The notes under the pieces were generated by a model that saw only the letters and a program-made list of their open reading frames with translations, had not been told where the DNA came from and made no database searches. From Thermodesulfobacteriota bacterium (GTDB lineage: Bacteria > Desulfobacterota_D > UBA1144 > Nemesobacterales > N074bin48): 16,892 bases of DNA. Every line of letters begins with the position of its first letter. The stretch's first letter is position 1. Positions 7,666 through 16,524 of the stretch are shown piece after piece. The DNA lies in the NCBI GenBank assembly GCA_041572575.1, contig JBFFSH010000055.1:1-16892 (forward strand), read 5' to 3'. Made by a program: the position numbers and the translations under genes.

Positions 7666-8361
7666 ATGAGTGAAACAAAAAGCCCAACAAACCGACAGAT
7701 TATATTTTTATTTCTAGGTTTTTTAGTACTGTTTATTTTAGTCTTTTCCCTTGGAGTAATAGTAGGTAAGGGACTCGGTGATCCGGAAATCAAAGTAGCA
7801 AAGAAGCAGACTGCTGCTCAAGCACCGGTAAAGGAAGAGCCTGAAATCGAAAACATGCAGGATGCTCAAAACGATCAGGAAATATCTCAGCAGGAAATGA
7901 AAGACATTTTGGAAGAAGCCAAAACTGATATTCCCAAAGACTCAGAGCAGATAAAGGAATCAGACACCATTCAGATTGAAACTACGGACAGCGAAAAGAA
8001 AATCGCAATGAATGCTCAGTCAGAAGTAAATCTTAAAGTAGAAAAACCAGTCTTACCCAAAAAAGAAAATACTTCACTTCTAACAAAGAATACTCCCCTT
8101 CCCCCAATAGTTGCAGGAGGTCAATACACTATTCAGATCGGCTCATTTAAAAACGAGTCAGATGCAAAGAGTCTTCAGAATAAGCTTAAATCCAGGGGAT
8201 ACCCAGCTTTTTTAAAACAGGTGACCATAGGAGAAGACACATGGTTCAGACTTAGAATTGGAACTTTTGAAACAAAGGATCAGGCAAAGATCTATGGAGA
8301 TATTTTACTTAAAAAAGAACCTGAGCTTGTAAAATCGGTATATGCTACTTTAAATGCCTGA
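7666..8361 (+). CDS. SPOR domain-containing membrane-anchored cell division protein (FtsN/DedD-like)
   Basis: N-terminal TM, acidic low-complexity linker, C-terminal YTIQIGSF...A..L...L...GY...WFRLRIG.F SPOR motif. argS-SPOR adjacency is common. Confidence 0.9.
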   Translation: MSETKSPTNRQIIFLFLGFLVLFILVFSLGVIVGKGLGDPEIKVAKKQTAAQAPVKEEPEIENMQDAQNDQEISQQEMKDILEEAKTDIPKDSEQIKESDTIQIETTDSEKKIAMNAQSEVNLKVEKPVLPKKENTSLLTKNTPLPPIVAGGQYTIQIGSFKNESDAKSLQNKLKSRGYPAFLKQVTIGEDTWFRLRIGTFETKDQAKIYGDILLKKEPELVKSVYATLNA

Positions 8362-8411
8362 TAAAATACGATTAACAATATTTTATAGTGAGCGTTTTTA
8401 CAACTTTACAA

Positions 8412-9830
8412 CTAAGCCTGAGCGTTGAATTTAACTGCGAGTTCAAGTCTGTTTGTGATTCCAAGCTTCTTAAATATCTTGGTTAGGTGCGTCTTTACAG
8501 TTTTTTCAGTAATGTAGAGCTTGCTGGCTATCATCTTGTTGCTATTTCCTTTAAGAATCAGTCTTGCAATCTCTTCTTCCCTTTTTGTAAGATTATGGCT
8601 ACCAAGTGAATGTTTCTTTTTCTTGGTCTGCATGACCATTTTGGGAAGGATCTGATTCAATGTATCAATCTCAAGCCAGATATTGCCATTATGTACAGTT
8701 CTTATGGCCTCTACGAGCTGAACAGACTCCGATGAACTTGTGAGGCAACCTCTTACCCCTGATGTAAGCGTGTTAATTAAAAACGCATTATTGAATTTAT
8801 TTAACAGCAGGATCACTTTGGCTGAATAACTGTTGTTATCAATGTAATCCAGTACAGTTGTTATATCCAGATCGGGTACATTATTGTCTATACATACAAT
8901 ATCAGGTTCATTTTGTTTAATCTGATCAATTAGATTAGCAGCCTCTGTTTCTTCAAAAACAATGTTAAAATCCTGCTGCTTTTCCACTATGTTTTTTATA
9001 CCTTCTAAAATAAGCTTTGGTGAAGCAAGTATTCCTACAGATATTACATCTGCTGAAGAATGGATATTTTGTATTTGATTATTCCTTATACAAGATACAT
9101 CTGCATTTTCTGATGCAATCTGAAATTTTATTAGTGAACCTAAAAATGAGCCTTTATCATTATTTATTGGGCTACAATCTATGCAGATTGGCTGATTTGG
9201 TTTATTAACGGTAACAAGCTCAGTGTGAAGGTGATTATTTTTACTAAAAATTTCCTGTGTGGAGTTTTCAAAAGGAATTTTTATTATTTTATCAAGCTCA
9301 CTTCCCAGCAGCTGATCCCTATCAAGCATAAGAGCTATTTCGGACTGCTTATTAGCAAAAGTAATAATACCCTTGGAGTCTATTACGAGAATACAGCCTT
9401 CCAAAGTATCAAAAGTACTTTGAAGCCTTTCGCTAGTCTCTTTGAGTTCAGTATGTGTGTTATAACTACTAAGAGCTATTTCTATAACAGATTTAAGCTC
9501 TTTAACCTCAAATGGCTTTACTATATAACCAAACGGCGTACTTATCTTTGCTCTTTCAAGGGTTTCATCATCTGCATAAGCTGTAAGATATACAACCGGT
9601 GTTTTATATTTATTATATATAATTTCTGCAGTCTCAATACCATCCATCTTCCCGTCTAATACAACATCCATAAGAACAATATTGGGCTTTACACTCTCAA
9701 TTTTTTCTAACGCCTCCTCACCTGATGAAACTGTAAGCGGAACAACATAACCAAGCTGCTTTAATCTTGTTTGTATATTCTTTGCTACAATGCTTTCATC
9801 TTCCACTACCATTACTCTTGCCTTTTGCAT
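8412..9830 (-). CDS. Multidomain response regulator: REC - PAS-like - atypical REC - LuxR HTH
   Basis: REC1 VVEDE...LMDVVL...LTAY...IVKPF; PAS-like ILVIDSKGIITFAN; NarL-like second REC (PDIVCID); LTKREEEIARLILKGNSNKMIASKLYITEKTVKTHLTKIFKKL. Confidence 0.9.
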   Translation of the reverse strand: MQKARVMVVEDESIVAKNIQTRLKQLGYVVPLTVSSGEEALEKIESVKPNIVLMDVVLDGKMDGIETAEIIYNKYKTPVVYLTAYADDETLERAKISTPFGYIVKPFEVKELKSVIEIALSSYNTHTELKETSERLQSTFDTLEGCILVIDSKGIITFANKQSEIALMLDRDQLLGSELDKIIKIPFENSTQEIFSKNNHLHTELVTVNKPNQPICIDCSPINNDKGSFLGSLIKFQIASENADVSCIRNNQIQNIHSSADVISVGILASPKLILEGIKNIVEKQQDFNIVFEETEAANLIDQIKQNEPDIVCIDNNVPDLDITTVLDYIDNNSYSAKVILLLNKFNNAFLINTLTSGVRGCLTSSSESVQLVEAIRTVHNGNIWLEIDTLNQILPKMVMQTKKKKHSLGSHNLTKREEEIARLILKGNSNKMIASKLYITEKTVKTHLTKIFKKLGITNRLELAVKFNAQA

Positions 9831-9851
9831 GAATGTTACTCCCGGAATTTT

Positions 9852-11609
9852 CTATTTAGGAAACTTGATAGTAAACTTAGTCCCCTTCCTTCTGTCGATT
9901 TTTATTGAACCCTTAAGCTGATTTGTAAGAGCCTGTACTAATTGTAAACCCAAAGACTTCGTTTGTCTAAGTCTAAAGTTTTTAGGAAGTCCTTTTCCAT
10001 TATCAGATGTAGTTAAAATATAGCAATCATCTTCAGTATCAAGCCTTACCCGCACATACCCTTTCTGATCTTCAGAAAATGCATACTTTAGCGAATTGGA
10101 TATAAGCTCATTTACTATAAGACCAAGCAATATGGCTCTGTTGAAATCAATATTCACTTCCTCTATCTTTGTTTCTAATGTAATTACTTTTGTATTTACT
10201 CCATATATTCTGAATAGGTAATTGCCAAGGTTTTCTATATATTGAGAGAAATCCAAATCCGTAAGAATCTCAGACTGATACATCTGCTCATGCACAAGAG
10301 CCATGGACTTTACTCGTTTCTGAGCTTCTATAAACATCTCTGAAACTCCGCTGTCCTTTACATAGTCTGTCTGCAGATCGAGCATACTGGATATTACCTG
10401 CAGATTGTTTTTAACCCTGTGTTGTACCTCTTTTAATAGTATTTCTTTTTCCTGGAGTGATTTTTTAATCTCTACCTCTGCACGTATTCTTTTCTCTATC
10501 TCTTCTCTGAGAAGTGCATTTGATTTTAAAAGTTCAAGTGTTCTCTCTTTAACCCTTTCTTCAAGTATATTATAAGTCTGCTGGAGCTGTTCAGACTGCC
10601 TGCCGTTTTCTATAACCATAGATATCTGATTGGCCACAAGCCCCAGAAGAGATACATCCTCATCCCTGAATACATCTTTTCTAAACGAAGCTGCGTTTAT
10701 TGCTCCAACAATATTATTATCAAATTTGATTGGTACGGATACATAACTTTTTATGCCAAGCAGAATTTCAGCTGGTCCTACCAGTTTATCATTATCCGTA
10801 TCACTAATGTAAGCCGGTTTACCCGTTGCGATTGTGTTCCATGTATAACCGTCGTCAAAAGGTATGGTATGTGTTTTTTCTACGTACCAGCTGGGCAAAC
10901 CGCTATGTGCTTTAAGCACAGCGTTATTACCTTCAACAAAATATATAGAGACCTTATCAATTATATCAATGCTGCCTTTAATTGCCTGCACGGTGTTGTC
11001 TAGTACATCATTTAAATTTATTGACCTGTGTATTACCTGAGATATGCTGTTTATTAGCTCTTCATATTTAGTCTTAATCCTCAGCTTTTCTACGGTTTGA
11101 TTGAGTCGTTCTTCTGCCTGTTTTAATACAGATATATCTCTGCAGTCAATAAGGGCAATTAATCCATCATCTTTAGAGTAGAAAGATCTTGCTGTTTCTC
11201 TTACCCATATTGTTTCACCATTTTTTTTGTTCTTTCTAAATTCCCAGTCAAAAAACTTACCGGGATTATCAAAACACATCTGAAGCTGATTGGAAACAGT
11301 CTCTCTATCGAGTGGGTGAAAAATGTTTATTACTGGTTTGCCGATTAATTCATCTGAAGAATAACCAAGCTCCTTACACCCAAATTCGTTTACTTCGGCG
11401 ATATTGCCGTCAGCTTTTACGGTAAAAAACATTGAAGGACTATTTTCAAATAGTGACCTGTATTTTTCTTCACTTTTGATAAGCGCACTTTCTGATTGCT
11501 CTTTATCGGGTTTTACTTTTTCCAGATCAGAAACACGGTTTTTTAGTACTTCAATCTCTTTAACAAGCTGTAGCCGGGTTTTATCTGAATCTTCAATTAT
11601 TGTTTCCAT
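9852..11609 (-). CDS. Cytoplasmic PAS-GAF sensor histidine kinase, HisKA_2 (HWE/HisKA_2) type
   Basis: EEKYRSLFEN PAS, GAF (SYVSVPIKFDNNIVGAINAAS), EVQHRVKNNLQ H-box, NELISNSLKYAF, DNGKG, SLGLQLV; no TM segments seen. Confidence 0.92.
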   Translation of the reverse strand: METIIEDSDKTRLQLVKEIEVLKNRVSDLEKVKPDKEQSESALIKSEEKYRSLFENSPSMFFTVKADGNIAEVNEFGCKELGYSSDELIGKPVINIFHPLDRETVSNQLQMCFDNPGKFFDWEFRKNKKNGETIWVRETARSFYSKDDGLIALIDCRDISVLKQAEERLNQTVEKLRIKTKYEELINSISQVIHRSINLNDVLDNTVQAIKGSIDIIDKVSIYFVEGNNAVLKAHSGLPSWYVEKTHTIPFDDGYTWNTIATGKPAYISDTDNDKLVGPAEILLGIKSYVSVPIKFDNNIVGAINAASFRKDVFRDEDVSLLGLVANQISMVIENGRQSEQLQQTYNILEERVKERTLELLKSNALLREEIEKRIRAEVEIKKSLQEKEILLKEVQHRVKNNLQVISSMLDLQTDYVKDSGVSEMFIEAQKRVKSMALVHEQMYQSEILTDLDFSQYIENLGNYLFRIYGVNTKVITLETKIEEVNIDFNRAILLGLIVNELISNSLKYAFSEDQKGYVRVRLDTEDDCYILTTSDNGKGLPKNFRLRQTKSLGLQLVQALTNQLKGSIKIDRRKGTKFTIKFPK

Positions 11610-11782
11610 ATACCTGCTTAATCTATTATCATTAGTTAGAAAATTTTATAAACAAAGATATATTCATATTATAACTCAATTTAATATTAATTTGATCCTT
11701 ACAATTAATACATACAAAATAGATACCTAACAACTATAAATCATAAATAAATTTAGGGCAGTACAAACTAACTACTAACGAT

Positions 11783-13711
11783 ATGCGTGATTTCGGAATT
11801 GCACTAAAACTTGCACTTTTAATAATACCTATAACAGTAGCAATTTTTCTCTTTATACTTGGATATTATTATAATATTTCTAAAAATACAATAATTAATA
11901 ACGTCGAAGAAAATTCAAAGAATCTGGCATTAAACTCTGTAAATAAAATTGAAAAATCACTCAAATCATTTGAGATTGTTGCGCATAACCTGTCCTACCA
12001 GGCCGCCGCAACAGACAACACCAAGGATGAAATTCTAAGCTTTATTGAAAATGCAGTAAAAAATAATAATGAGGTTTATGGTTCTACAATTGCGTTTGAA
12101 CCATACAGCTTCGATACTAACTCTTATTACTTTGCTCCCTATTACTATAAGAATGCAAATAAAATTAATTTTACGACACTTGGTACAAGTTCTTATGACT
12201 ATTTTAAGTGGGACTGGTATAAAATCCCAAAACTGGAAAACAGCCCCTCCTGGAGTGAACCTTACTATGATAAAGGGGGTGGAGAAATCCTCATGTCCAC
12301 CTATTCTGTCCCTTTTTATAAACAATCGGGTATGGATAAAAAGTTTACAGGAGTAGTAACAACAGATGTTTCACTTAAATGGTTAAACAGTATTGTTAAA
12401 TCACTAAAAATTTCCCAGTCCGGCTATGGATTTATTCTTTCTAAGAGTGGCAAATTCATTACTCACCCAAATAGCAATCTAATAATGAATGAATCAATAT
12501 TTAGCATAGCGGAGAACAAAAAGTCTCCAAAACTAAAAGAACTTGGAGATAAAATGATCTCTGGCAGATCTGGCTTCGAACTTACAAGGGGAATACTAAC
12601 AGATAAAAGTTTCTGGATTTATTATTTGCCGCTTCCAACAAATGGCTGGGCACTTGGGGTAATGTTTCCAGAAGACGAGATAATGGCAGATATTAAAAGC
12701 CTTAGCAGGGATGCAGTGCTTATAAGCATTGAAGGAATTCTGATCCTTTTACTTGTGATAATTTATATTTCCAGATCCATCACAAAACCACTTAGACAAC
12801 TTTCGGAAGCGACTAAAGATATTGCATCGGGAAATCTGGAATTTGATATTCCTAAAATAGGATCTCAGGATGAGGTAGGAAGGCTATCCAAATCTTTTGA
12901 ATACATGAGATCTTCACTAAAACAGTATATAAGTGATTTAAAAGAATCCACTGCTGCAACCCAGAGAATAGAAAGTGAGCTAAAGATAGCAAGAGATATC
13001 CAGATGGGTATTCTACCTAAGGAGTTTCCGCCTTTTCCTCAAAGAAATGAATTTGAAATATTTGCTTCTATAGAACCTGCAAGAGAGGTTGGTGGGGACT
13101 TTTATGATTTTTTCTTCTTAGATGATAATAAACTCTTTTTTATTATCGGTGATGTTTCTGATAAAGGGGTTCCTGCATCTCTATTTATGGCCGTTACAAA
13201 AACACTAATTAAAGCAGTTGCAACAACCGATAGAGAGCTTCATGAAATTGTGTATAAAATAAATAATGAGCTTTATTCAGATAACGAAATGTCCATGTTC
13301 GTAAGTATATTTTTTGGTATTCTTGATACAGGAAACGGTGAGATAACATATACCAATGCAGGTCATAATGCTCCTGTAATAATAAAGAGTTCAGGGGATG
13401 TATCGTTTATAGAAAAGACTGAGGGTATGGCTCTTGGAGCTTTTGAAAATGCGAAATATAGTATTAATAAGGTAATATTAGATAATAATGATATAATTTT
13501 CCTCTATACCGATGGTGTTACAGAGGCTGCTAACTCTAAGAGCGAGTTATTTGGTGAGCAGAATCTGGTTAGAACACTTAAGCAATATTCTAACTTAGAT
13601 GCTAAAGGAGTAATAATTGAGATAGAGCAGGTTGTAAAGTCATTTGCAGGATCCGAGCCGCAATCTGATGATATAACTATGCTGACAATCAAGTATCTCA
13701 GAAAATCATAG
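11783..13711 (+). CDS. Membrane dCache_1-HAMP-SpoIIE/RsbU-type PP2C Ser/Thr phosphatase
   Basis: Two TM segments flank a Cache region (WY..P...WSEPYYD); HAMP (ITKPLRQL...DEVGRL); PP2C motifs VGGDFYD, GDVSDKG, NAGH, YTDGVTEA, DDIT. Confidence 0.93.
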   Translation: MRDFGIALKLALLIIPITVAIFLFILGYYYNISKNTIINNVEENSKNLALNSVNKIEKSLKSFEIVAHNLSYQAAATDNTKDEILSFIENAVKNNNEVYGSTIAFEPYSFDTNSYYFAPYYYKNANKINFTTLGTSSYDYFKWDWYKIPKLENSPSWSEPYYDKGGGEILMSTYSVPFYKQSGMDKKFTGVVTTDVSLKWLNSIVKSLKISQSGYGFILSKSGKFITHPNSNLIMNESIFSIAENKKSPKLKELGDKMISGRSGFELTRGILTDKSFWIYYLPLPTNGWALGVMFPEDEIMADIKSLSRDAVLISIEGILILLLVIIYISRSITKPLRQLSEATKDIASGNLEFDIPKIGSQDEVGRLSKSFEYMRSSLKQYISDLKESTAATQRIESELKIARDIQMGILPKEFPPFPQRNEFEIFASIEPAREVGGDFYDFFFLDDNKLFFIIGDVSDKGVPASLFMAVTKTLIKAVATTDRELHEIVYKINNELYSDNEMSMFVSIFFGILDTGNGEITYTNAGHNAPVIIKSSGDVSFIEKTEGMALGAFENAKYSINKVILDNNDIIFLYTDGVTEAANSKSELFGEQNLVRTLKQYSNLDAKGVIIEIEQVVKSFAGSEPQSDDITMLTIKYLRKS

Positions 13712-13714
13712 ATC

Positions 13715-14128
13715 ATGCTTGAAATTGAGCTTAAAAACAAAGTATCCGAACTTGGAAAACTCCACGACAAGATTGCAGAATTTTGGAACGAAAACAATCT
13801 GGATACTGACAAAATGTGCCATATTAATTTAAGTCTGGAAGAAATTATTACCAATATCATTAAGTATGGATATGATGATGATTCCGAGCATATTATAAAA
13901 ATTATTATTAAGCTAGAGGATCAAAGTGTAATTAACTTAGAGATACTGGATGACGGTATTGAGTTCAATCCTTTCGATCACCCTGAACCGGACACATCCA
14001 TACCCCTAGAGCAGAGAGAAATAGGTGGTCTTGGAATTCACCTCGTAAGAAACTGCATGGATCATTACAGCTATGAGAGAAATGACAATCTGAATAAAAT
14101 AGTTCTAATTAAAAATATCGGCCAATAG
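13715..14128 (+). CDS. RsbW/SpoIIAB-like anti-sigma factor / Ser kinase (HATPase_c_2)
   Basis: LSLEEIITNIIKYG N-box, DDGIEFNP, GGLGIHLV G-box; lies between the PP2C and STAS genes. Confidence 0.9.
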   Translation: MLEIELKNKVSELGKLHDKIAEFWNENNLDTDKMCHINLSLEEIITNIIKYGYDDDSEHIIKIIIKLEDQSVINLEILDDGIEFNPFDHPEPDTSIPLEQREIGGLGIHLVRNCMDHYSYERNDNLNKIVLIKNIGQ

Positions 14129-14149
14129 ATTGTAATAAGGAGAAATAAA

Positions 14150-14482
14150 ATGGAACAAGGTAATGAAAATCCAGAAAACATCTCGCTTTTAAGACTACAG
14201 GGCAAGCTTGATTTTACATCTGCAACTGAATTTGAGCAGAAGTTTAATATCATGCTCGGCGAAGGCGGTCAGAAGTTTATTCTAGACTTTAGTGATGTGG
14301 AATATATGAGCAGCGCCGGGCTTAGGTTTTTGCTCATCGCATCAAAAAAAACAAAAGGAAACGTAGTGCTTTGCAGTGTAAAAGACTCTGTAAAACAGGT
14401 AATAGAAATTGCAGGGTTTGCTTCTATGTTTAATTTTGCACATAACCAAAACCAGGCTGTAGAGATTCTAACTAAAGATTAA
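14150..14482 (+). CDS. STAS-domain anti-sigma factor antagonist (RsbV/SpoIIAA-like)
   Basis: LQGKLD...LDFSDVEYMSSAGLRFLL with the phospho-acceptor Ser motif; AAGGAG RBS upstream. Confidence 0.92.
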   Translation: MEQGNENPENISLLRLQGKLDFTSATEFEQKFNIMLGEGGQKFILDFSDVEYMSSAGLRFLLIASKKTKGNVVLCSVKDSVKQVIEIAGFASMFNFAHNQNQAVEILTKD

Positions 14483-14680
14483 ATGTATAAAGTAGGTGAC
14501 AAATTCAGATTACATCTACCCATAATAGGCAAGAAAAACCGGTTTGATGTGGGTTTAATAGGTGAAATAACTGAAATTTTCAACAGAGATACCGGTAGGG
14601 CATACAGAGTACAGTTTAACGATGGCAGAACAGCGCTACTACCTGAAATTATTATAGAAGAAAGTTCTACGATATTATAA
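14483..14680 (+). CDS. Small hypothetical protein (65 aa), possible SH3-like beta-barrel
   Basis: ATG directly abuts the STAS stop (TAA-ATG) and the ORF fills the gap before the convergent gene. Pattern YKVGDK...G.ITEI...YRVQF.DG is protein-like. Confidence 0.65.
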   Translation: MYKVGDKFRLHLPIIGKKNRFDVGLIGEITEIFNRDTGRAYRVQFNDGRTALLPEIIIEESSTIL

Positions 14681-14729
14681 AATGCGATCAAAAATTTGTT
14701 CTATATTGTTGGTATAATAAAACATAATT

Positions 14730-16379
14730 TTACTGTTTAATCACTTTAGATAAAATTTCACTTAGCTCTGATGTCTTAAACGGTTTTGCCACACATCCCA
14801 AAAAACCATACTTTCTAAATTCAGACATAACCGGATCATTGGAATACCCGCTTGAAACAATCGCCTTGACATCAGGGTCTATCTTCAAAAGATCTTCAAG
14901 GGTTTTATGACCTCCCTGCCCCCCTGGAATTGTAAGATCCAATATTACTGCATCATATGATTTTTCTTCATCATAGGCTTTCTTGTATTCCGCAATTGCT
15001 TCGTCGTTATCTTTTGTGCAGACTACTGAATATCCTATTCTGCTAAGCATGGCGCTTACAATCTCTCTTATACCATTTTCATCATCCATAATGAGTATTC
15101 TACCTTTGCCATTTAGCACCGTTTCTTCGGAATCATAATTTTTGGAAACTTTGTCAGCATCATCTGGCTGAGCAGGCAGATATATTTTAAAATTAGTGCC
15201 TTTTCCAGTCTCTGATTCCACTGTGATAAGTCCTTCATGTTTCTTCACTATTGAATAACTCGTAGCAAGTCCCAGCCCGTGTCCGTCTTGTTTGGTGGTA
15301 AAATACGGATCAAAAATTTTAGATATATATGCCTCAGGTATTCCAATTCCCTCATCAGCAATAGAAATACAGATATAACTACTCTTGGTGAGCCCCACAA
15401 GCTCCTTGCCTGGATTGTTAATATTTTTAATATTAACTCTTATAACACCTCCGTCTGGCATAGATTGTTTGGAGTTTATGGTGATGTTATTTACTACCTG
15501 TGCAATCTGCCCCGCGTCGGCTTCTATTGAATATATATCTGCATCAAATTCATATTCACTCTTGACTTTTGATCCCCTGAGCGCAAGTGTGACGGAATCC
15601 ACTATTAAATCCTTTATATCCGTGGGCTTTTTTACAGGAGACCCACCTTTGGCAAATGTCAGAAGCTGCTGTGTGAGGTCTCTTGCCCTTATAGAAGCCT
15701 TCTCTGCTTCTTCGAGTCTTTTATATACCTCATTTTCTTTATCAGAATACAGTTTGGAAAGTGAAATATTGCCCAATATAGCGGTAAGCAAGTTATTAAA
15801 ATCATGAGCGATGCCTCCTGCAAGAATACCAAGAGACTCAAGCTGGCGGGCTTTGATGAGCTCCTCCTGCATCTTCCTTCTTTCGGTAATCTCATATTTT
15901 AGCTCCATATTCGATCTCTGAAGCTCCGCTGTTCTTGAGCTGACTTCCCTTGCAAGCTGCTCATTGTATCTGGTCAGGTGATCATGAAACGCACGGTGAA
16001 CATGTGAGAGCAGCTCCTCCACATTTCCCATCTTTGTAATATATGCAAAGGCTTCTTTATTAACAGCCTCCATAGCAGTCTCCAAAGATGCATAACCTGT
16101 GTTAATAATAACTTTCATATCAGGGTTTATTTCTTTTAGCTGCTTTAACAAATCGAGGCCATCACAATCTGGTAGAGACAAATCAATGATAGCAACATTG
16201 ATAGATTGTTTTGCACAAAGCTCAATTGCATCTGCAGCATTTGTAAAACATAGAGGCTGAAGATCTTCCATGGATAAAATGCCAGAAATTACTTTAAGCT
16301 GGTTCTTATCATCATCAACAACCAGCACAGGAGGCTTTATCTTGATCTCTGATTGCTCATTTTCAATGTTTCCAGTCAT
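14730..16379 (-). CDS. Hybrid histidine kinase REC-HisKA-HATPase-REC
   Basis: N-REC (VVDDD, IIDLSLP, NTG, ITK); GGIAHDFNNLL H-box; QVVNNITINS, DEGIG, FDPYFTTK, GLGL; C-REC (MDDE, ILDLTIP, SSG, AKPF). Confidence 0.93.
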   Translation of the reverse strand: MTGNIENEQSEIKIKPPVLVVDDDKNQLKVISGILSMEDLQPLCFTNAADAIELCAKQSINVAIIDLSLPDCDGLDLLKQLKEINPDMKVIINTGYASLETAMEAVNKEAFAYITKMGNVEELLSHVHRAFHDHLTRYNEQLAREVSSRTAELQRSNMELKYEITERRKMQEELIKARQLESLGILAGGIAHDFNNLLTAILGNISLSKLYSDKENEVYKRLEEAEKASIRARDLTQQLLTFAKGGSPVKKPTDIKDLIVDSVTLALRGSKVKSEYEFDADIYSIEADAGQIAQVVNNITINSKQSMPDGGVIRVNIKNINNPGKELVGLTKSSYICISIADEGIGIPEAYISKIFDPYFTTKQDGHGLGLATSYSIVKKHEGLITVESETGKGTNFKIYLPAQPDDADKVSKNYDSEETVLNGKGRILIMDDENGIREIVSAMLSRIGYSVVCTKDNDEAIAEYKKAYDEEKSYDAVILDLTIPGGQGGHKTLEDLLKIDPDVKAIVSSGYSNDPVMSEFRKYGFLGCVAKPFKTSELSEILSKVIKQ

Positions 16380-16468
16380 AATTATTACATTTAATAGATA
16401 AACTTTTATATAATTATAAACCCTATTAGTTTTATCACATAATAATCCATATTTCTATTATTGCCCCC

Positions 16469-16496
16469 TTGACACATAACAAATCATGCTTATTAT
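16469..16496 (+). promoter_or_regulatory. sigma70-type promoter of groES
   Basis: TTGACA (16469-16474), 16 nt, TATTAT (16491-16496), immediately upstream of CIRCE. Confidence 0.7.
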
Positions 16497-16497
16497 A

Positions 16498-16524
16498 GTA
16501 GCACTCTAACATTCAGAGTGCTAA
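16498..16524 (+). promoter_or_regulatory. CIRCE element (HrcA operator)
   Basis: GTAGCACTC-N9(TAACATTCA)-GAGTGCTAA versus consensus TTAGCACTC-N9-GAGTGCTAA (one mismatch), upstream of groES. Confidence 0.96.

Noticed and set aside
8361..8386. ATAAAATA-N10-TATTTTAT inverted repeat between convergent genes as a bidirectional terminator
   Set aside because: The stem is A/T only with a long loop, too weak to call in AT-rich DNA.
11783..14482. Module as a SiaABC(D) system
   Set aside because: The kinase and its partner carry classical RsbW and STAS motifs, and no diguanylate cyclase is present.
9017..15895. Other short overlapping ORFs in the track (e.g. 9225-9659, 11404-11730, 12035-12325, 13504-13860, 14479-14691, 15385-15807)
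   Set aside because: They are antisense or out-of-frame to confidently assigned genes and lack family motifs.
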